This document shows positions 52,351-61,902 of a stretch of DNA of 64,000 nucleotides, in pieces (position 1 is the first letter of the stretch; each line of letters starts with the position of its first letter). A program made the translations under genes and the position numbers. The stretch spans positions 64,316-128,315 of the forward strand of contig JBGAQA010000008.1 in assembly GCA_044220955.1 (NCBI GenBank), written 5' to 3'. This DNA comes from Sandaracinaceae bacterium. Its GTDB lineage: Bacteria; Myxococcota_A; Polyangia; Polyangiales; Sandaracinaceae. Under the pieces are notes generated by a model that was given only the letters and a program-made list of their open reading frames with translations, did not search any database and had not been told where the DNA came from.

Positions 52351-52611
52351 ATGTCGAGGCGATGGCAGCTCCAGGAGGCGAAGAACCGGCTGAGCGAGGT
52401 CGTCGACCTGGCGCTGAGCGAGGGCCCGCAGACCGTCACGCGACACGGCAAGGAAGTGGTCGTCATCGTCGCGAAGACCGAGCTCGATCGGCGACACGGC
52501 ACGCGGGGCCGACGGGGCACGGTCGTGTCGTTCCTCCGAGGACTCGCCTTCTCGGGAGCGCGGCTCGATCTCGCCCGCTCGACCGACCTCGACCGCGGCG
52601 TGGATCTCTGA
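52351..52611 (+). CDS. Phd/YefM-family antitoxin
   Basis: WQLQEAKNRLSEVVDLA..GPQTVTRHGK. Confidence 0.88.
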   Translation: MSRRWQLQEAKNRLSEVVDLALSEGPQTVTRHGKEVVVIVAKTELDRRHGTRGRRGTVVSFLRGLAFSGARLDLARSTDLDRGVDL

Positions 52612-52613
52612 CG

Positions 52614-53030
52614 TTGGCGTACCTGCTCGACACGTGCCTCCTGTCGGAGGTCTGGAAGCCCAGCCCCAACCCCGGCGTCCTGCGCTGGCTCGGCGACTCG
52701 TACGAGGACGAGCTCTTCCTCAGCGTGCTCTCGCTCGGCGAGATCACGAAGGGCCTCGAGCGCCTGCCGGACGGCAAGAAGAGGCAACGCATCGTCCGTG
52801 ACTACTCGGTCCTGCGCAGCCGGTTCGCGTCGCGCGTGCTCGGGGTCTCCGACGTCGTCGCCGAGCGATGGGGCCAGGTCTCGGCGGGCGCCGAGCGAGC
52901 CGGGCGCCGGCTCCACGTGGTCGACGGCCTGCTCGCCGCGACGGCGCTGGTCCACGGGCTGACGGTCGTCACGCGCAACGTCGATGACTTCGAGAGTACC
53001 TCCGTCCCGCTGCTCGATCCGTGGTCGTGA
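52614..53030 (+). CDS. vapC: VapC/PIN-domain toxin (TTG start)
   Basis: YLLDTCLLSE, SVLSLGEI, DGLLAATA, VTRNVDDF. Confidence 0.88.
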   Translation: MAYLLDTCLLSEVWKPSPNPGVLRWLGDSYEDELFLSVLSLGEITKGLERLPDGKKRQRIVRDYSVLRSRFASRVLGVSDVVAERWGQVSAGAERAGRRLHVVDGLLAATALVHGLTVVTRNVDDFESTSVPLLDPWS

Positions 53031-53043
53031 GCGCTGCTCGCCC

Positions 53044-53562
53044 TCACCCGCTCGGGAACATGCGCCGCAGCGCGCCGCCGACGCGCAGCTCGTGCAGGAC
53101 CACGCCCGCGATGTGCGTGCCCGCCAGACCCAGCACACCGAACACGAAGAGCTCGTGCGCCTCGCGCGCCGGAAGCTCTTCGATGTCCGGCGCCGGGATC
53201 CCGCCCGCGAGGTAGGCAGGCCAGCCGGCCGTGACCACCGTCGCCAGCCCGCTCGCGAACGCGAGCAGCACGAAGAGATAGGTCGCTCCCTCGACGAGGG
53301 TGGCCATCCGGCGGTGCAGCGGCGCCATCGCGATCGGCTCGACCGGCCGACGGCGGCGCGAGACGAGCCGCGCGATCGTCACGAAGAGCAGGAGCCAGCC
53401 GAGCCCCACGTGCGCCCGCGACATCCACAGCCGCGCCGCGCCGTCCGGGTCGGCGTCCGACATCAGGAACCCGAGCGTCGCGAGCGCGAACACGATGAGC
53501 GCGGCCGCCCAGTGCAGCGCGGCGTGACCGCGCGACCAGGTCGCGGCGAGAGCGGTGGTCAT
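53044..53562 (-). CDS. Cytochrome b561-family protein
   Basis: LHWAAA, AHVGLG, AHE, HIAGV heme-ligand His residues in four TMs. Confidence 0.82.
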   Translation of the reverse strand: MTTALAATWSRGHAALHWAAALIVFALATLGFLMSDADPDGAARLWMSRAHVGLGWLLLFVTIARLVSRRRRPVEPIAMAPLHRRMATLVEGATYLFVLLAFASGLATVVTAGWPAYLAGGIPAPDIEELPAREAHELFVFGVLGLAGTHIAGVVLHELRVGGALRRMFPSG

Positions 53563-53638
53563 GCGACCAACGTACGCGCCGCGCGGCCGGCGGCCACTGC
53601 CCGGACGTGGGGTGCCGCGTCCTGGCCTCGACGTCGCG

Positions 53639-54055
53639 TCACATCCGGGTGAGCGTCGTGGTGACGGGACCGCCCTGGCCCTCCCAGGTCCACGTCATCG
53701 TCGCGCCGACGCAGCTCGCGTGGATGGTGCCCGCGGGCGAGCAGCTCGCGGTGGTGTGGGTGTAGACCTCGGTGAACGAGGACTCGCCGTTCGGGAGCGT
53801 GCCGCACGTCGTGAGCTGGCCGCCGCAGCCCAGCGAGGGGTACTCGATCGTGCCGCACGGCTCTCCGGTCGAAGGGGTGACGTTCAGATCGATCGGCCAG
53901 GGCGGGTAGCCGGGCTGGATCCCGTTGCCGGTCCAGTGTCCCGCGCACGCGACCCCCAGCGGGCCCGTGGGCGCGCCCGGCGCGGCCCGCGGGGCGAAGC
54001 AGCAGCCGGCGAGGAGCAGGAAGACGAGGGCGACGGCGGCGCGCGTTCGACTCAT
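53639..54055 (-). CDS. Small Cys-containing lipoprotein
   Basis: LLAGC lipobox; GTIEYPSLGCGG. Confidence 0.65.
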   Translation of the reverse strand: MSRTRAAVALVFLLLAGCCFAPRAAPGAPTGPLGVACAGHWTGNGIQPGYPPWPIDLNVTPSTGEPCGTIEYPSLGCGGQLTTCGTLPNGESSFTEVYTHTTASCSPAGTIHASCVGATMTWTWEGQGGPVTTTLTRM

Positions 54056-54108
54056 GCTGGGACAGTCGCCGAGGCTGACGAGGGCGTCAACGCGCGTAGA
54101 CTGCGCCC

Positions 54109-54678
54109 GTGATCGCACGCGCGCGGCTCGTCTCGGCCGAGGCTTCGGTGGCGCTCCGGGAGGGCCGCCTCCGGCTCGCCGTGATCGCGGACACGCACGG
54201 CAAGCCGCACCCGGGCGCCCGCGCTGCGATCGCCGCGCTCGCGCCGGACGCGATCCTGCACGCCGGAGACATCGGCGACACGGCGGTCCTCGAGACCTTC
54301 GGCCAGCTCGCGCCGCTGATCGCCGTGCGCGGGAACATCGACGAGCACGGGCTGCCGGACGTCGTCGCGATCGACGTGCGGGCCCGGGGAGCGAGCGTCT
54401 ACCGGATCACGCTGCTGCACGTCGGCGTGTACGGCGCGAAGATCCGCGCCGACGCCGCGCGCACGGCCCACGCGCAGCGGGCACGCCTGCTCGTCTGCGG
54501 GCACTCGCACGTGCCCTTCGTCGGCAAGGACAAGGGTCTGACGGTCTTCAACCCCGGCTCGATCGGTCCGCGCCGCTTCACGCTGCCGATCGTCTTCGGT
54601 GTGATCGAGATCGCGGACGGTCAGCTCTCGCTGCACCATGTGGACTGCGAGACGGCAGAGCGCTGGGAGCCAGCATGA
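54109..54678 (+). CDS. YfcE-like metallophosphoesterase
   Basis: IADTHG, LHAGD, VRGNID, GHSH, NPGS. Confidence 0.88.
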   Translation: MIARARLVSAEASVALREGRLRLAVIADTHGKPHPGARAAIAALAPDAILHAGDIGDTAVLETFGQLAPLIAVRGNIDEHGLPDVVAIDVRARGASVYRITLLHVGVYGAKIRADAARTAHAQRARLLVCGHSHVPFVGKDKGLTVFNPGSIGPRRFTLPIVFGVIEIADGQLSLHHVDCETAERWEPA

Positions 54679-54950
54679 GCACGGACGACGATCCCGAGGG
54701 CCGCGCGTACGCGAACCGGCGGCTGAACCTGATGAGGGCCGCGATCAAGCTGACGCCGCTGCTCCTGCCGCTCTTCGCGATCGCGTCGTACTTCGTCTTC
54801 CGCGCGTCCGGCGTCATCATCGTCGGCATCGTGGGCACGACGATCGGCGTCTGGGCGTACCGCAACTACCAGCTGCGCCGCGCGATGCAGGAGGTCGACC
54901 GCGAGCTCGCCGAGCAGGAGCGGCAGCGCGGCGGACCGAGCGACCGCTGA
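54675..54950 (+). CDS. Small two-TM hypothetical protein
   Basis: ATGA coupling; two hydrophobic helices. Confidence 0.6.
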   Translation: MSTDDDPEGRAYANRRLNLMRAAIKLTPLLLPLFAIASYFVFRASGVIIVGIVGTTIGVWAYRNYQLRRAMQEVDRELAEQERQRGGPSDR

Positions 54951-56476
54951 CCCGTGGAGCGCCGGCTCGTCCGAGCTCCCGGCTCCCGAGCGCCCCGATC
55001 ACGCCGACGACGCGCGCCGAGCATCGCGAGGAGCGCCAGCACCACGGGCGCGAGGCGCGGCGCGCCGCCGCTCGCGCGACAGCCGCATCCTGCGGCGAGC
55101 CCGCCACCGCGCGTCCCCGTGTCTGCGCCAGCCCGCGCGTCGAGTCCCGCGGCGGCGTCGGTCGAAGACCCGCCGCCGTCCATCCCCGGCGTGGCCGCGT
55201 CGTCTCGCGGCCCACCGTCGGTGCCCGGCGTGACCGTCACGTCCAGCGTCGGTCCCAGGCTGCAGCCGCCCGACTCGCGGGAGAGATAGTGCGCGCCGTC
55301 GGGATTCGCCGAGACGATCGCGAGGTCGATCGGGCCGCCCGCCGCGACGAGCGACGTCACGTCCCAGCTCACCGTCTCGTTCGCGGCGACGGTGTGCGCG
55401 CCGCCGCTGCACGTCGCGCTCACGGCCGGCCGGTTCGTCCACGTCAGGGTCGACTCGTCCCAGCTCGCGCCGGTCACCGCGCAGACCTGCCCCGAGCCGC
55501 CGGCCGCGCTGCCGCTGCTCGACGTGTGCATCGTGAGCGTCGCGTGCGTGACCACCCCGGTCGCCGCGGGGAAGCGCAGGTACGCGAGGGCGGTCGGCCC
55601 GCTCGCGTCGCCCTCCACGTTGAGGTCGCTCGGGTCGGGGAAGGGGCCGGGCTCCCAGATCGCCGCGGTCGAGTCCGCGATCGCGGCTCCGGCGCTGCTG
55701 CACGTCCCCGCGTCCATCGGCATGCCCGCGTCGATCCCGCCCGGGCACATCGCGAGCGCGCCCTGGGTGCCGTCGACCACGAGGTCCGAGAACGTCGCGC
55801 CGATGGGCATGGCCGCGAGGCCTCCGTCGTTACGCGGGCTGCCGATCATCATGTGCAGGTCCGAGGGGCCGAATTCGAGGCCGCTCGAGCTCCAGTCGAC
55901 CGCGACCACCTCGGCCCCGTCGCGCAGGAGGCGCGCCTGCCCGCCGCCCCACTCGACGCGGATTCGCACCGGGTCGCCCGTCCACGGGCCCGGGTTGGCG
56001 AAGGGCTCCTCGAAGAACGAGGTACAGCCGCAGCCGTCGTAGCCCGGCGCGCCGCTCGGGCACATGCCCCACATCATCTTCATCGCGCCGACGCGGCCTG
56101 GCTCCACGTCGCCGTAGATGCGCAGGAGCATCTTGTAGTGGTTGCCGCGGAACGCCGGCAGGTACGCGATCGGCTCGCCGATGCCGTATCCGTCCTCGTA
56201 CATCGCGAAGATCTCGTGGTCGGCGAGCGGGAGGTTGCTCGTCGTGACGTGCGCGAGCGTGAACTCGATGGAGCCCGACACCAGGCGCGGCAGCGCGTAC
56301 CAGATGCGGTCGCTCGGACCGGTGACCGTCCAGCCGTCGGCGCCGAACGTGCCGCCACTCGCGTCGCCGCTCGTGCTGCCGCGGAGGCCGTCGGCGAGAT
56401 GGAAGGGCTGGGCGCTGGCGAGCGCGGGAGCGAGCAGCGTCAGCGCGATCGCGAGGAGCGAGGAGAGTCGGCGCAT
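54866..56476 (-). CDS. Secreted protein with DNRLRE/CBM96-like domain and MYXO-CTERM tail
   Basis: Signal peptide; AYLRF..ATLTM..WDESTLTWTNRP..WDVTSLV..SRE; GCGCRA..LGARRRR. Confidence 0.75.
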   Translation of the reverse strand: MRRLSSLLAIALTLLAPALASAQPFHLADGLRGSTSGDASGGTFGADGWTVTGPSDRIWYALPRLVSGSIEFTLAHVTTSNLPLADHEIFAMYEDGYGIGEPIAYLPAFRGNHYKMLLRIYGDVEPGRVGAMKMMWGMCPSGAPGYDGCGCTSFFEEPFANPGPWTGDPVRIRVEWGGGQARLLRDGAEVVAVDWSSSGLEFGPSDLHMMIGSPRNDGGLAAMPIGATFSDLVVDGTQGALAMCPGGIDAGMPMDAGTCSSAGAAIADSTAAIWEPGPFPDPSDLNVEGDASGPTALAYLRFPAATGVVTHATLTMHTSSSGSAAGGSGQVCAVTGASWDESTLTWTNRPAVSATCSGGAHTVAANETVSWDVTSLVAAGGPIDLAIVSANPDGAHYLSRESGGCSLGPTLDVTVTPGTDGGPRDDAATPGMDGGGSSTDAAAGLDARAGADTGTRGGGLAAGCGCRASGGAPRLAPVVLALLAMLGARRRRDRGAREPGARTSRRSTGQRSLGPPRCRSCSASSRSTSCIARRSW

Positions 56477-56588
56477 CGGGGGAGCTTAGACCGCCGGCCT
56501 CGACGCGGAAACGGGGCGCGCCGCCGAGCGACCGCGCGCCGCGGGAATCGAATCGAACGGCGCGGGCGTTCGCCGCATCGGACGACGC

Positions 56589-57044
56589 GTGCGCATCCTG
56601 GCCATCCTCTACGGAGCGCTCCTGCTCGGCATCGTCGGCGCCGCCGATCTGGGCGCGCTCGCGCCGCTGGTTCACGGGCTGCACCGCGTGCCGCTCGGTG
56701 ACAAGGTCGCACACCTCGTGCTCGCGATCGGCCTGGGCTACTTCGCGGCGTCCTTCGCGCGACGCCCCGCCCTGCGGCTCGCCACCGTCCGCGTTCCCCT
56801 CGCGACGCTGGTCGTGCTCGCCCTCGCCGTCGTCGAGGAGGCGTCGCAGCGCTTCGTCGCCGGGCGGACTTTCGATCTGCTCGACCTCGCCGCGGACTTC
56901 GCCGGCCTCGCGGTCGGGACCGGCCTCGCGCTCCGACGCGCCGCGGGCGCTTCGTCGTCCAGGACGGACCCCATCTCGGACGCTCCGGGATCCCTCTCCA
57001 GGCAGCGTGGGGGCGGCGAGCCGAGACGGGAGCACGATGGGTAG
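56589..57044 (+). CDS. VanZ-like membrane protein
   Basis: GDKVAHL, EEASQRFVAGRTFDLLDLAAD. Confidence 0.8.
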   Translation: MRILAILYGALLLGIVGAADLGALAPLVHGLHRVPLGDKVAHLVLAIGLGYFAASFARRPALRLATVRVPLATLVVLALAVVEEASQRFVAGRTFDLLDLAADFAGLAVGTGLALRRAAGASSSRTDPISDAPGSLSRQRGGGEPRREHDG

Positions 57045-57141
57045 GATCCCGAGGGTGCGTCGTCCTTCGCTCGATCACTGAACGACTGTGCGGCCCTGCC
57101 GTGGCCTGAGCGCTGCGGAGGGGCTATGACGAGCGGCTTCC

Positions 57142-58029
57142 GTGAGCCAATTCAGGCGACTTCGAGACGCTGCCATCGCGATCGTCCTGCTCGCGCTGCC
57201 GTTCTTCGTCTTGAACGCGAACCTCCGCGAGCCGGGCCGCGAGAACTTCTACGACGGGCCGATCCTCGAGCTCTCCGCGCCGATCCAGTCGCTGGCCGCG
57301 AGCGTCGCACGCGCGTTCAGCGACGTCTTCGACGACTACGTGTACTTGGTCGAGGTCCGCGAGGAGAACGACCGCTTGCGCGCGCGCCTGGCGCGGCTCG
57401 ATCAGGAGCACGAACAGCTCACCGCGGAGGCGCTGGAGAACCGCCGCCTGCGCTCGCTCCTCTCGCTCCGGGAGCGAGTAGGGGGCCAAGTCATCGCCGC
57501 CACCGTGATCGGCCGCGACGTGTCGCCCTTCTTCCGCGTCACGCGTGTCGAGGTCGACCGCGGCGAGCGCGACCACGTGCGCGAGGGCATGCCCGTCGTG
57601 TCGGCGCGTGGGCTGGTCGGCCAGATCCGCCGGACGTGGGGCCGCTACTCGGACGTCCTGCTCGCCGTCGATGCGGGCAGCGCGGTCGACGTGATCATCC
57701 AGCGCACGGGCTCGCGCGGCATGCTCCGTGGGACCGGCGAGGACGACCGGTACATGTCCCGGATCGAGTACCTCGGCCGCGACGACGAGGTGCGCGTCGG
57801 CGACCTCGTGCACACCAGCGGGCTCGGCCAGCGCTTTCCGGCTTCGATCCTCGTCGGCCGGATCACCCGCATCGTGCGGGCGGACTCCGGCATGTTCCAG
57901 GAGGTCGAGGTCGCGCCCGCGGTCGACTTCTCCACGCTCGACGAGGTGCTCGTGCTCGAGGGCGGCTCGCGCGCCGAGGCGCGCGCCGACGTCGAGGACG
58001 AGGACGAGCCACTCACGGGGGAGCCGTGA
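57142..58029 (+). CDS. mreC: Rod shape-determining protein MreC
   Basis: ENDRLR / ENRRLRSLL coiled coil, VIGRD, GLVGQI, TSGLGQRFP. Confidence 0.93.
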   Translation: MSQFRRLRDAAIAIVLLALPFFVLNANLREPGRENFYDGPILELSAPIQSLAASVARAFSDVFDDYVYLVEVREENDRLRARLARLDQEHEQLTAEALENRRLRSLLSLRERVGGQVIAATVIGRDVSPFFRVTRVEVDRGERDHVREGMPVVSARGLVGQIRRTWGRYSDVLLAVDAGSAVDVIIQRTGSRGMLRGTGEDDRYMSRIEYLGRDDEVRVGDLVHTSGLGQRFPASILVGRITRIVRADSGMFQEVEVAPAVDFSTLDEVLVLEGGSRAEARADVEDEDEPLTGEP

Positions 58030-58129
58030 TCTCCACGGGAGTGCTCGTCCCGGCGGGCTTGGACGGGAGCGCCCGTCGGGCGCGGACGGTGGGGGCCGGA
58101 GCGGACGAGCCGTCGATCGCGGGGCCCGC

Positions 58130-58741
58130 ATGAAGAACGTGGTGCACCTGGCGTTCGGGCTCGCGCTGCTCGTCGCGCAGGCGGCGATCGCGACGTTTCT
58201 GCCTCTGCATCCGTTCGCGCCCTGCTTGCTCCTGCCGATCGTCATCTATCTCGGCGTCGATCCCGACGTGGAGCTGCTGCGCGGCGTCGCGCTCTCGTTC
58301 GTGCTCGGCTACTTCGGCGACGAGGTGGCGGGCGTGCCGACCGGCCTGACCACCTTCGTGCTCGTGGCCACTTTCCTCGTCACGCGCGGCGCGGGCATTC
58401 GCCTCGTGCTCCGCGGCGCCCCGTTCCAGATCGGTCTGGCGTTCGTGGTCTCGCTCGTCGCGAGCGGCACGATGCTGGCGCTCCGCGCGATCTTCCAGCC
58501 GCCCGAGGCGTTCCCGCTCGTGATGCCGCCGTCGGGCGCGCTCGGATGGTTCGTTCGGCTCGCCCTCGGCGAGGGCTCGCGCATCGGCAATCCGGTCGCG
58601 CTCGCCACCACGATGATCGCGTCCGCGCTCGCGACGGGCCTCTGCGCGCCGCTCGTGTTCGCGGCGGTCCGCCGCATCGAGCGCATCTCGCAGCGCACGC
58701 GCCGCAGCGCGAGCACCTCCGAGAACGTGGTGTCGCCGTGA
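58130..58741 (+). CDS. mreD: Rod shape-determining protein MreD
   Basis: Hydrophobic protein with LGYFGD, located between mreC and mrdA. Confidence 0.8.
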   Translation: MKNVVHLAFGLALLVAQAAIATFLPLHPFAPCLLLPIVIYLGVDPDVELLRGVALSFVLGYFGDEVAGVPTGLTTFVLVATFLVTRGAGIRLVLRGAPFQIGLAFVVSLVASGTMLALRAIFQPPEAFPLVMPPSGALGWFVRLALGEGSRIGNPVALATTMIASALATGLCAPLVFAAVRRIERISQRTRRSASTSENVVSP

Positions 58742-58826
58742 GGCGAGCGAGCGTGCTCGCCGTGCGGCGCCCGGACGGAAGCGGGCGCAGCCCGCGGACG
58801 GTGGGGACCGCCGTGGGGAGCCGACC

Positions 58827-60746
58827 GTGAGCCTGCTCTCCGTCCGGCGCGAGGTCGGTGAGTTCCGCAAGCGCTACAAGTGGATGGCGGGCTTCGTCGT
58901 CCTCGTCTTCACCGTGCTGACGGGGCGGATGATGGACCTGCAGGTCGTCGAGCACGAGCACTACGCCGAGATCGCGCGCGAGAACGTCACCAAGACGCTC
59001 CCGCTGCTCGCGACGCGCGGGATCGTGCGGGACACCGAGGGAAGGGTGATCGTCACGAACCGTCCGAGCTACGACGTCTACCTCACGCCGTCTCGCATCC
59101 GCGAGGGCGACGTGGAGCGCCTCGAGACGCTGATGGGCCTCTCGGACGAGGCGCGTGCGCGCTTCGAGCAGCGGCTCGACGAGGTGCCCGAGCGCCGGCA
59201 GACGCACCAGATCCGCTTCTTCACGGACATCTCGCGCGAGTCGCTCGCGGCGCTCGAGACCCACGAGCAGGACTTCATGGACGACCGCGGCCACAGCCCG
59301 CTCGACGTGGTGGTCGCGCCCGTGCGCACGTACCCGTACCGCTCGCTCGGCGCGCACGCGATCGGCTACCTCAACGAGCTGCGCCCGGACGAGCTCGCGG
59401 AGCTGCGCGGGGCGGGCTACCACCTCGGAGACCTCGTCGGGCGGACCGGCATCGAGCGCGCGTGGGAGAGCCTGCTGCGCGGCCGACGCGGCTACCGGCG
59501 CGTGCTCGTCGACGAGGACGTGGAGATCGACCCGGCGCTGCTCGCCGACGACCGCCCCGAGCTCGTCGAGCCCGTCCCCGGTCGCGACGTGACGCTGACG
59601 CTCGACATGGAGCTCATGCGCATCATCGAGCGCGCGTTCCGCGGGCGCGCGTCGGGGGCCGCGGTCGTGGTCGACGTCCGCACGGGCGCGGTGCGCGCCC
59701 TCTTCAGCAAGCCGAGCTACGACCCCGAGGCGTTCACGAGCGGGCTCTCGCGCGAGGAGTACGCGGACCTGCGAGACGATCCCTTCCGTCCGCTCATCGA
59801 CAAGACGATCTACGAGACGTACTTCCCGGCCTCGACGTTCAAGCCCTTCGCGGCGCTCGCGGCCCTGCAGGAGGGGCTGATCGACCCCGCCGAGCGCGTC
59901 ACGTGCACCGGCACCTACTCGATCGGCACGGGCGCCGGCGCCCGCCATCCCCACTGCACGGGCCAGCACGGCGAGGTCGACATGCGCCTCGGCCTCGTCG
60001 AGTCGTGCAACATCTACTTCTATCACCTGGCCGAGATCGTCGGCATCGATCGCCTCGCCCACATGGCGCAGGACTTCGGCATCGGCCGCCGATGCGGCAT
60101 CGGCATCAACAGCGAGGCGAGCGGCTTCATCCCGACGCGCGAGTGGTACGAGCAGCACCACGCGTGGCAGGGCGGCCTCGCGCTCAACACCGCGATCGGC
60201 CAGGGCGACACGCGCGTCACGCTCGTGCAGCTCGCGATGGCGTACGCCGCGATCGCGAACGGCGGGACGCTCTACGTGCCCCAGCTCGTCGAGCGCGTCT
60301 CGGCGCCCGACGGGACGGTCGTAGAGGAATTCCAGCCGCGCGTGCGCCGACGCGTGCACGTCGAGCCCGCGCACCTCGCCTACGTCATCGACTCGCTCTT
60401 CGGCGTGGTCAACGACGACCGCGGCACGGCCCACGAGGCGCGCCTCGATCACCCGGGCTCGGTCACGATCGCCGGCAAGACGGGGACCGCGCAGCTCGGC
60501 GGGCGCATCCGCTCGGAGGACGAGGCCTCCCGCGCGGCGTACGAGCGGCGCGCGCACGCGTGGTTCGCCGGCTTCGCGCCCGTGGAGGACCCCGAGGTCG
60601 CGATCGTGGTCCTCGTCGAGCACGGCGGATCGGGGGGTCGCTACGCCGCTCCGATCGCCATCCAGATCTTGCAGGAGTACCTGGGTAGCGAGGAGCCCAT
60701 CACGACGGCGTCGGCGCGCGACGTGCTCGCCCCCGGAGGCCACTGA
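58827..60746 (+). CDS. mrdA: Penicillin-binding protein 2
   Basis: ATRGIVRD, STFK (SxxK), SCN, KTGTAQ, HAWF. Confidence 0.94.
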   Translation: MSLLSVRREVGEFRKRYKWMAGFVVLVFTVLTGRMMDLQVVEHEHYAEIARENVTKTLPLLATRGIVRDTEGRVIVTNRPSYDVYLTPSRIREGDVERLETLMGLSDEARARFEQRLDEVPERRQTHQIRFFTDISRESLAALETHEQDFMDDRGHSPLDVVVAPVRTYPYRSLGAHAIGYLNELRPDELAELRGAGYHLGDLVGRTGIERAWESLLRGRRGYRRVLVDEDVEIDPALLADDRPELVEPVPGRDVTLTLDMELMRIIERAFRGRASGAAVVVDVRTGAVRALFSKPSYDPEAFTSGLSREEYADLRDDPFRPLIDKTIYETYFPASTFKPFAALAALQEGLIDPAERVTCTGTYSIGTGAGARHPHCTGQHGEVDMRLGLVESCNIYFYHLAEIVGIDRLAHMAQDFGIGRRCGIGINSEASGFIPTREWYEQHHAWQGGLALNTAIGQGDTRVTLVQLAMAYAAIANGGTLYVPQLVERVSAPDGTVVEEFQPRVRRRVHVEPAHLAYVIDSLFGVVNDDRGTAHEARLDHPGSVTIAGKTGTAQLGGRIRSEDEASRAAYERRAHAWFAGFAPVEDPEVAIVVLVEHGGSGGRYAAPIAIQILQEYLGSEEPITTASARDVLAPGGH

Positions 60747-61867
60747 TGGCCACGCTCGGCAAGGGCATCCGCGAGCAGTTCGACTGGCCGCTCTTCGTCA
60801 CGGCGTCGGCCATCGCCGTGATCGGCGTCACCAACCTCTACTCCGCGACGAGCGCGTCTTCGCGCGTCGCGCTCGCCGACCTCTACATCCAGCAGATCTA
60901 CTGGCTGGTCCTCGGCGCCGGCGTCGCGGTGCTCGTGGCCGCCATCGACTACCGGCACTTCGAGCGCTTCGGCTGGTTCGCGTACGGCGCCGGGATCGTG
61001 CTCCTCGTGCTCGTGTTCCTGCTCGCGCCCGAGATCCGGGGCTCGCAGAGGTGGATCCGCATCGGCGCGTTCTCGCTCCAGCCGAGCGAGCTGATGAAGG
61101 TCTTCTTGATCATCGCGCTCGCCAAGCACCTGCACAACGATCCGAAGACCGAGGGGCGCACGCTGCGCGACCTCGTCGTGCCGGGCGCGATCCTCGCGGT
61201 ACCGATGCTCCTGATCGTGCGGCAGCCCGACCTCGGCACGGCGCTGATGTGCGCGTTCATCTTCGCGAGCATCATGCTGCTCACGAACCTCAAGTGGCGA
61301 TCGTTCGTCACGCTGATCGGCACCTTCGTCGTGAGCGCCGTGCCGATCTGGATCTTCGGCCTGCAGGGCTACCAGAGGACCCGCTTCCTCTCGTACTTCG
61401 ACATGCTCTTCGGCGAGAACCCCGACATCCTCGGCGACGGTTGGCACACCTACCAGTCGCTCGTCGCGATCGGGTCGGGCGGCCTCACCGGCCAGGGCTT
61501 CATGCAGGGGACGCAGAGCCAGTTCCAGTTCCTGCCGGACCGTCACACCGACTTCCCGTTCAGCGTGTGGGCCGAGGAGCGGGGCTTCCTCGGCGTGCTC
61601 CTCTTGCTCGGGCTCTACGTGTTCCTGATCCTCTGGGGCCTGCGCATCGCCTACACGGCCAAGGACCGCTTCGGCGCGGTGCTCGCGGTCGGCGTCAGTG
61701 CCTTCTTCTTCTGGCACTCGGCCATCAACCTCGGGATGGTCTGTGGCCTCTTGCCCGTGGTCGGCGTCACGCTGCCCCTGTTCAGCTACGGCGGCTCGAG
61801 CGTGCTCACGAGCATGATGGGCATCGGCCTCCTGATGAACGTCTCCGTGAGGCGGCTGTCCTTCTGA
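60746..61867 (+). CDS. rodA: Rod shape-determining protein RodA
   Basis: GSQRWI, QPSELMK, QPDLGTA, HTDF, GVTLPLFSYGGSS. Confidence 0.95.
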   Translation: MATLGKGIREQFDWPLFVTASAIAVIGVTNLYSATSASSRVALADLYIQQIYWLVLGAGVAVLVAAIDYRHFERFGWFAYGAGIVLLVLVFLLAPEIRGSQRWIRIGAFSLQPSELMKVFLIIALAKHLHNDPKTEGRTLRDLVVPGAILAVPMLLIVRQPDLGTALMCAFIFASIMLLTNLKWRSFVTLIGTFVVSAVPIWIFGLQGYQRTRFLSYFDMLFGENPDILGDGWHTYQSLVAIGSGGLTGQGFMQGTQSQFQFLPDRHTDFPFSVWAEERGFLGVLLLLGLYVFLILWGLRIAYTAKDRFGAVLAVGVSAFFFWHSAINLGMVCGLLPVVGVTLPLFSYGGSSVLTSMMGIGLLMNVSVRRLSF

Positions 61868-61902
61868 GCGCGGGCACGCCGCGTGCTCCCGCGGGCTGCG
61901 CC

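Noticed and set aside
57044..57142. Missing mreB upstream of mreC
   Set aside because: As I recall, mreB is unlinked from mreCD-mrdA-rodA in myxobacteria, so this is not anomalous.
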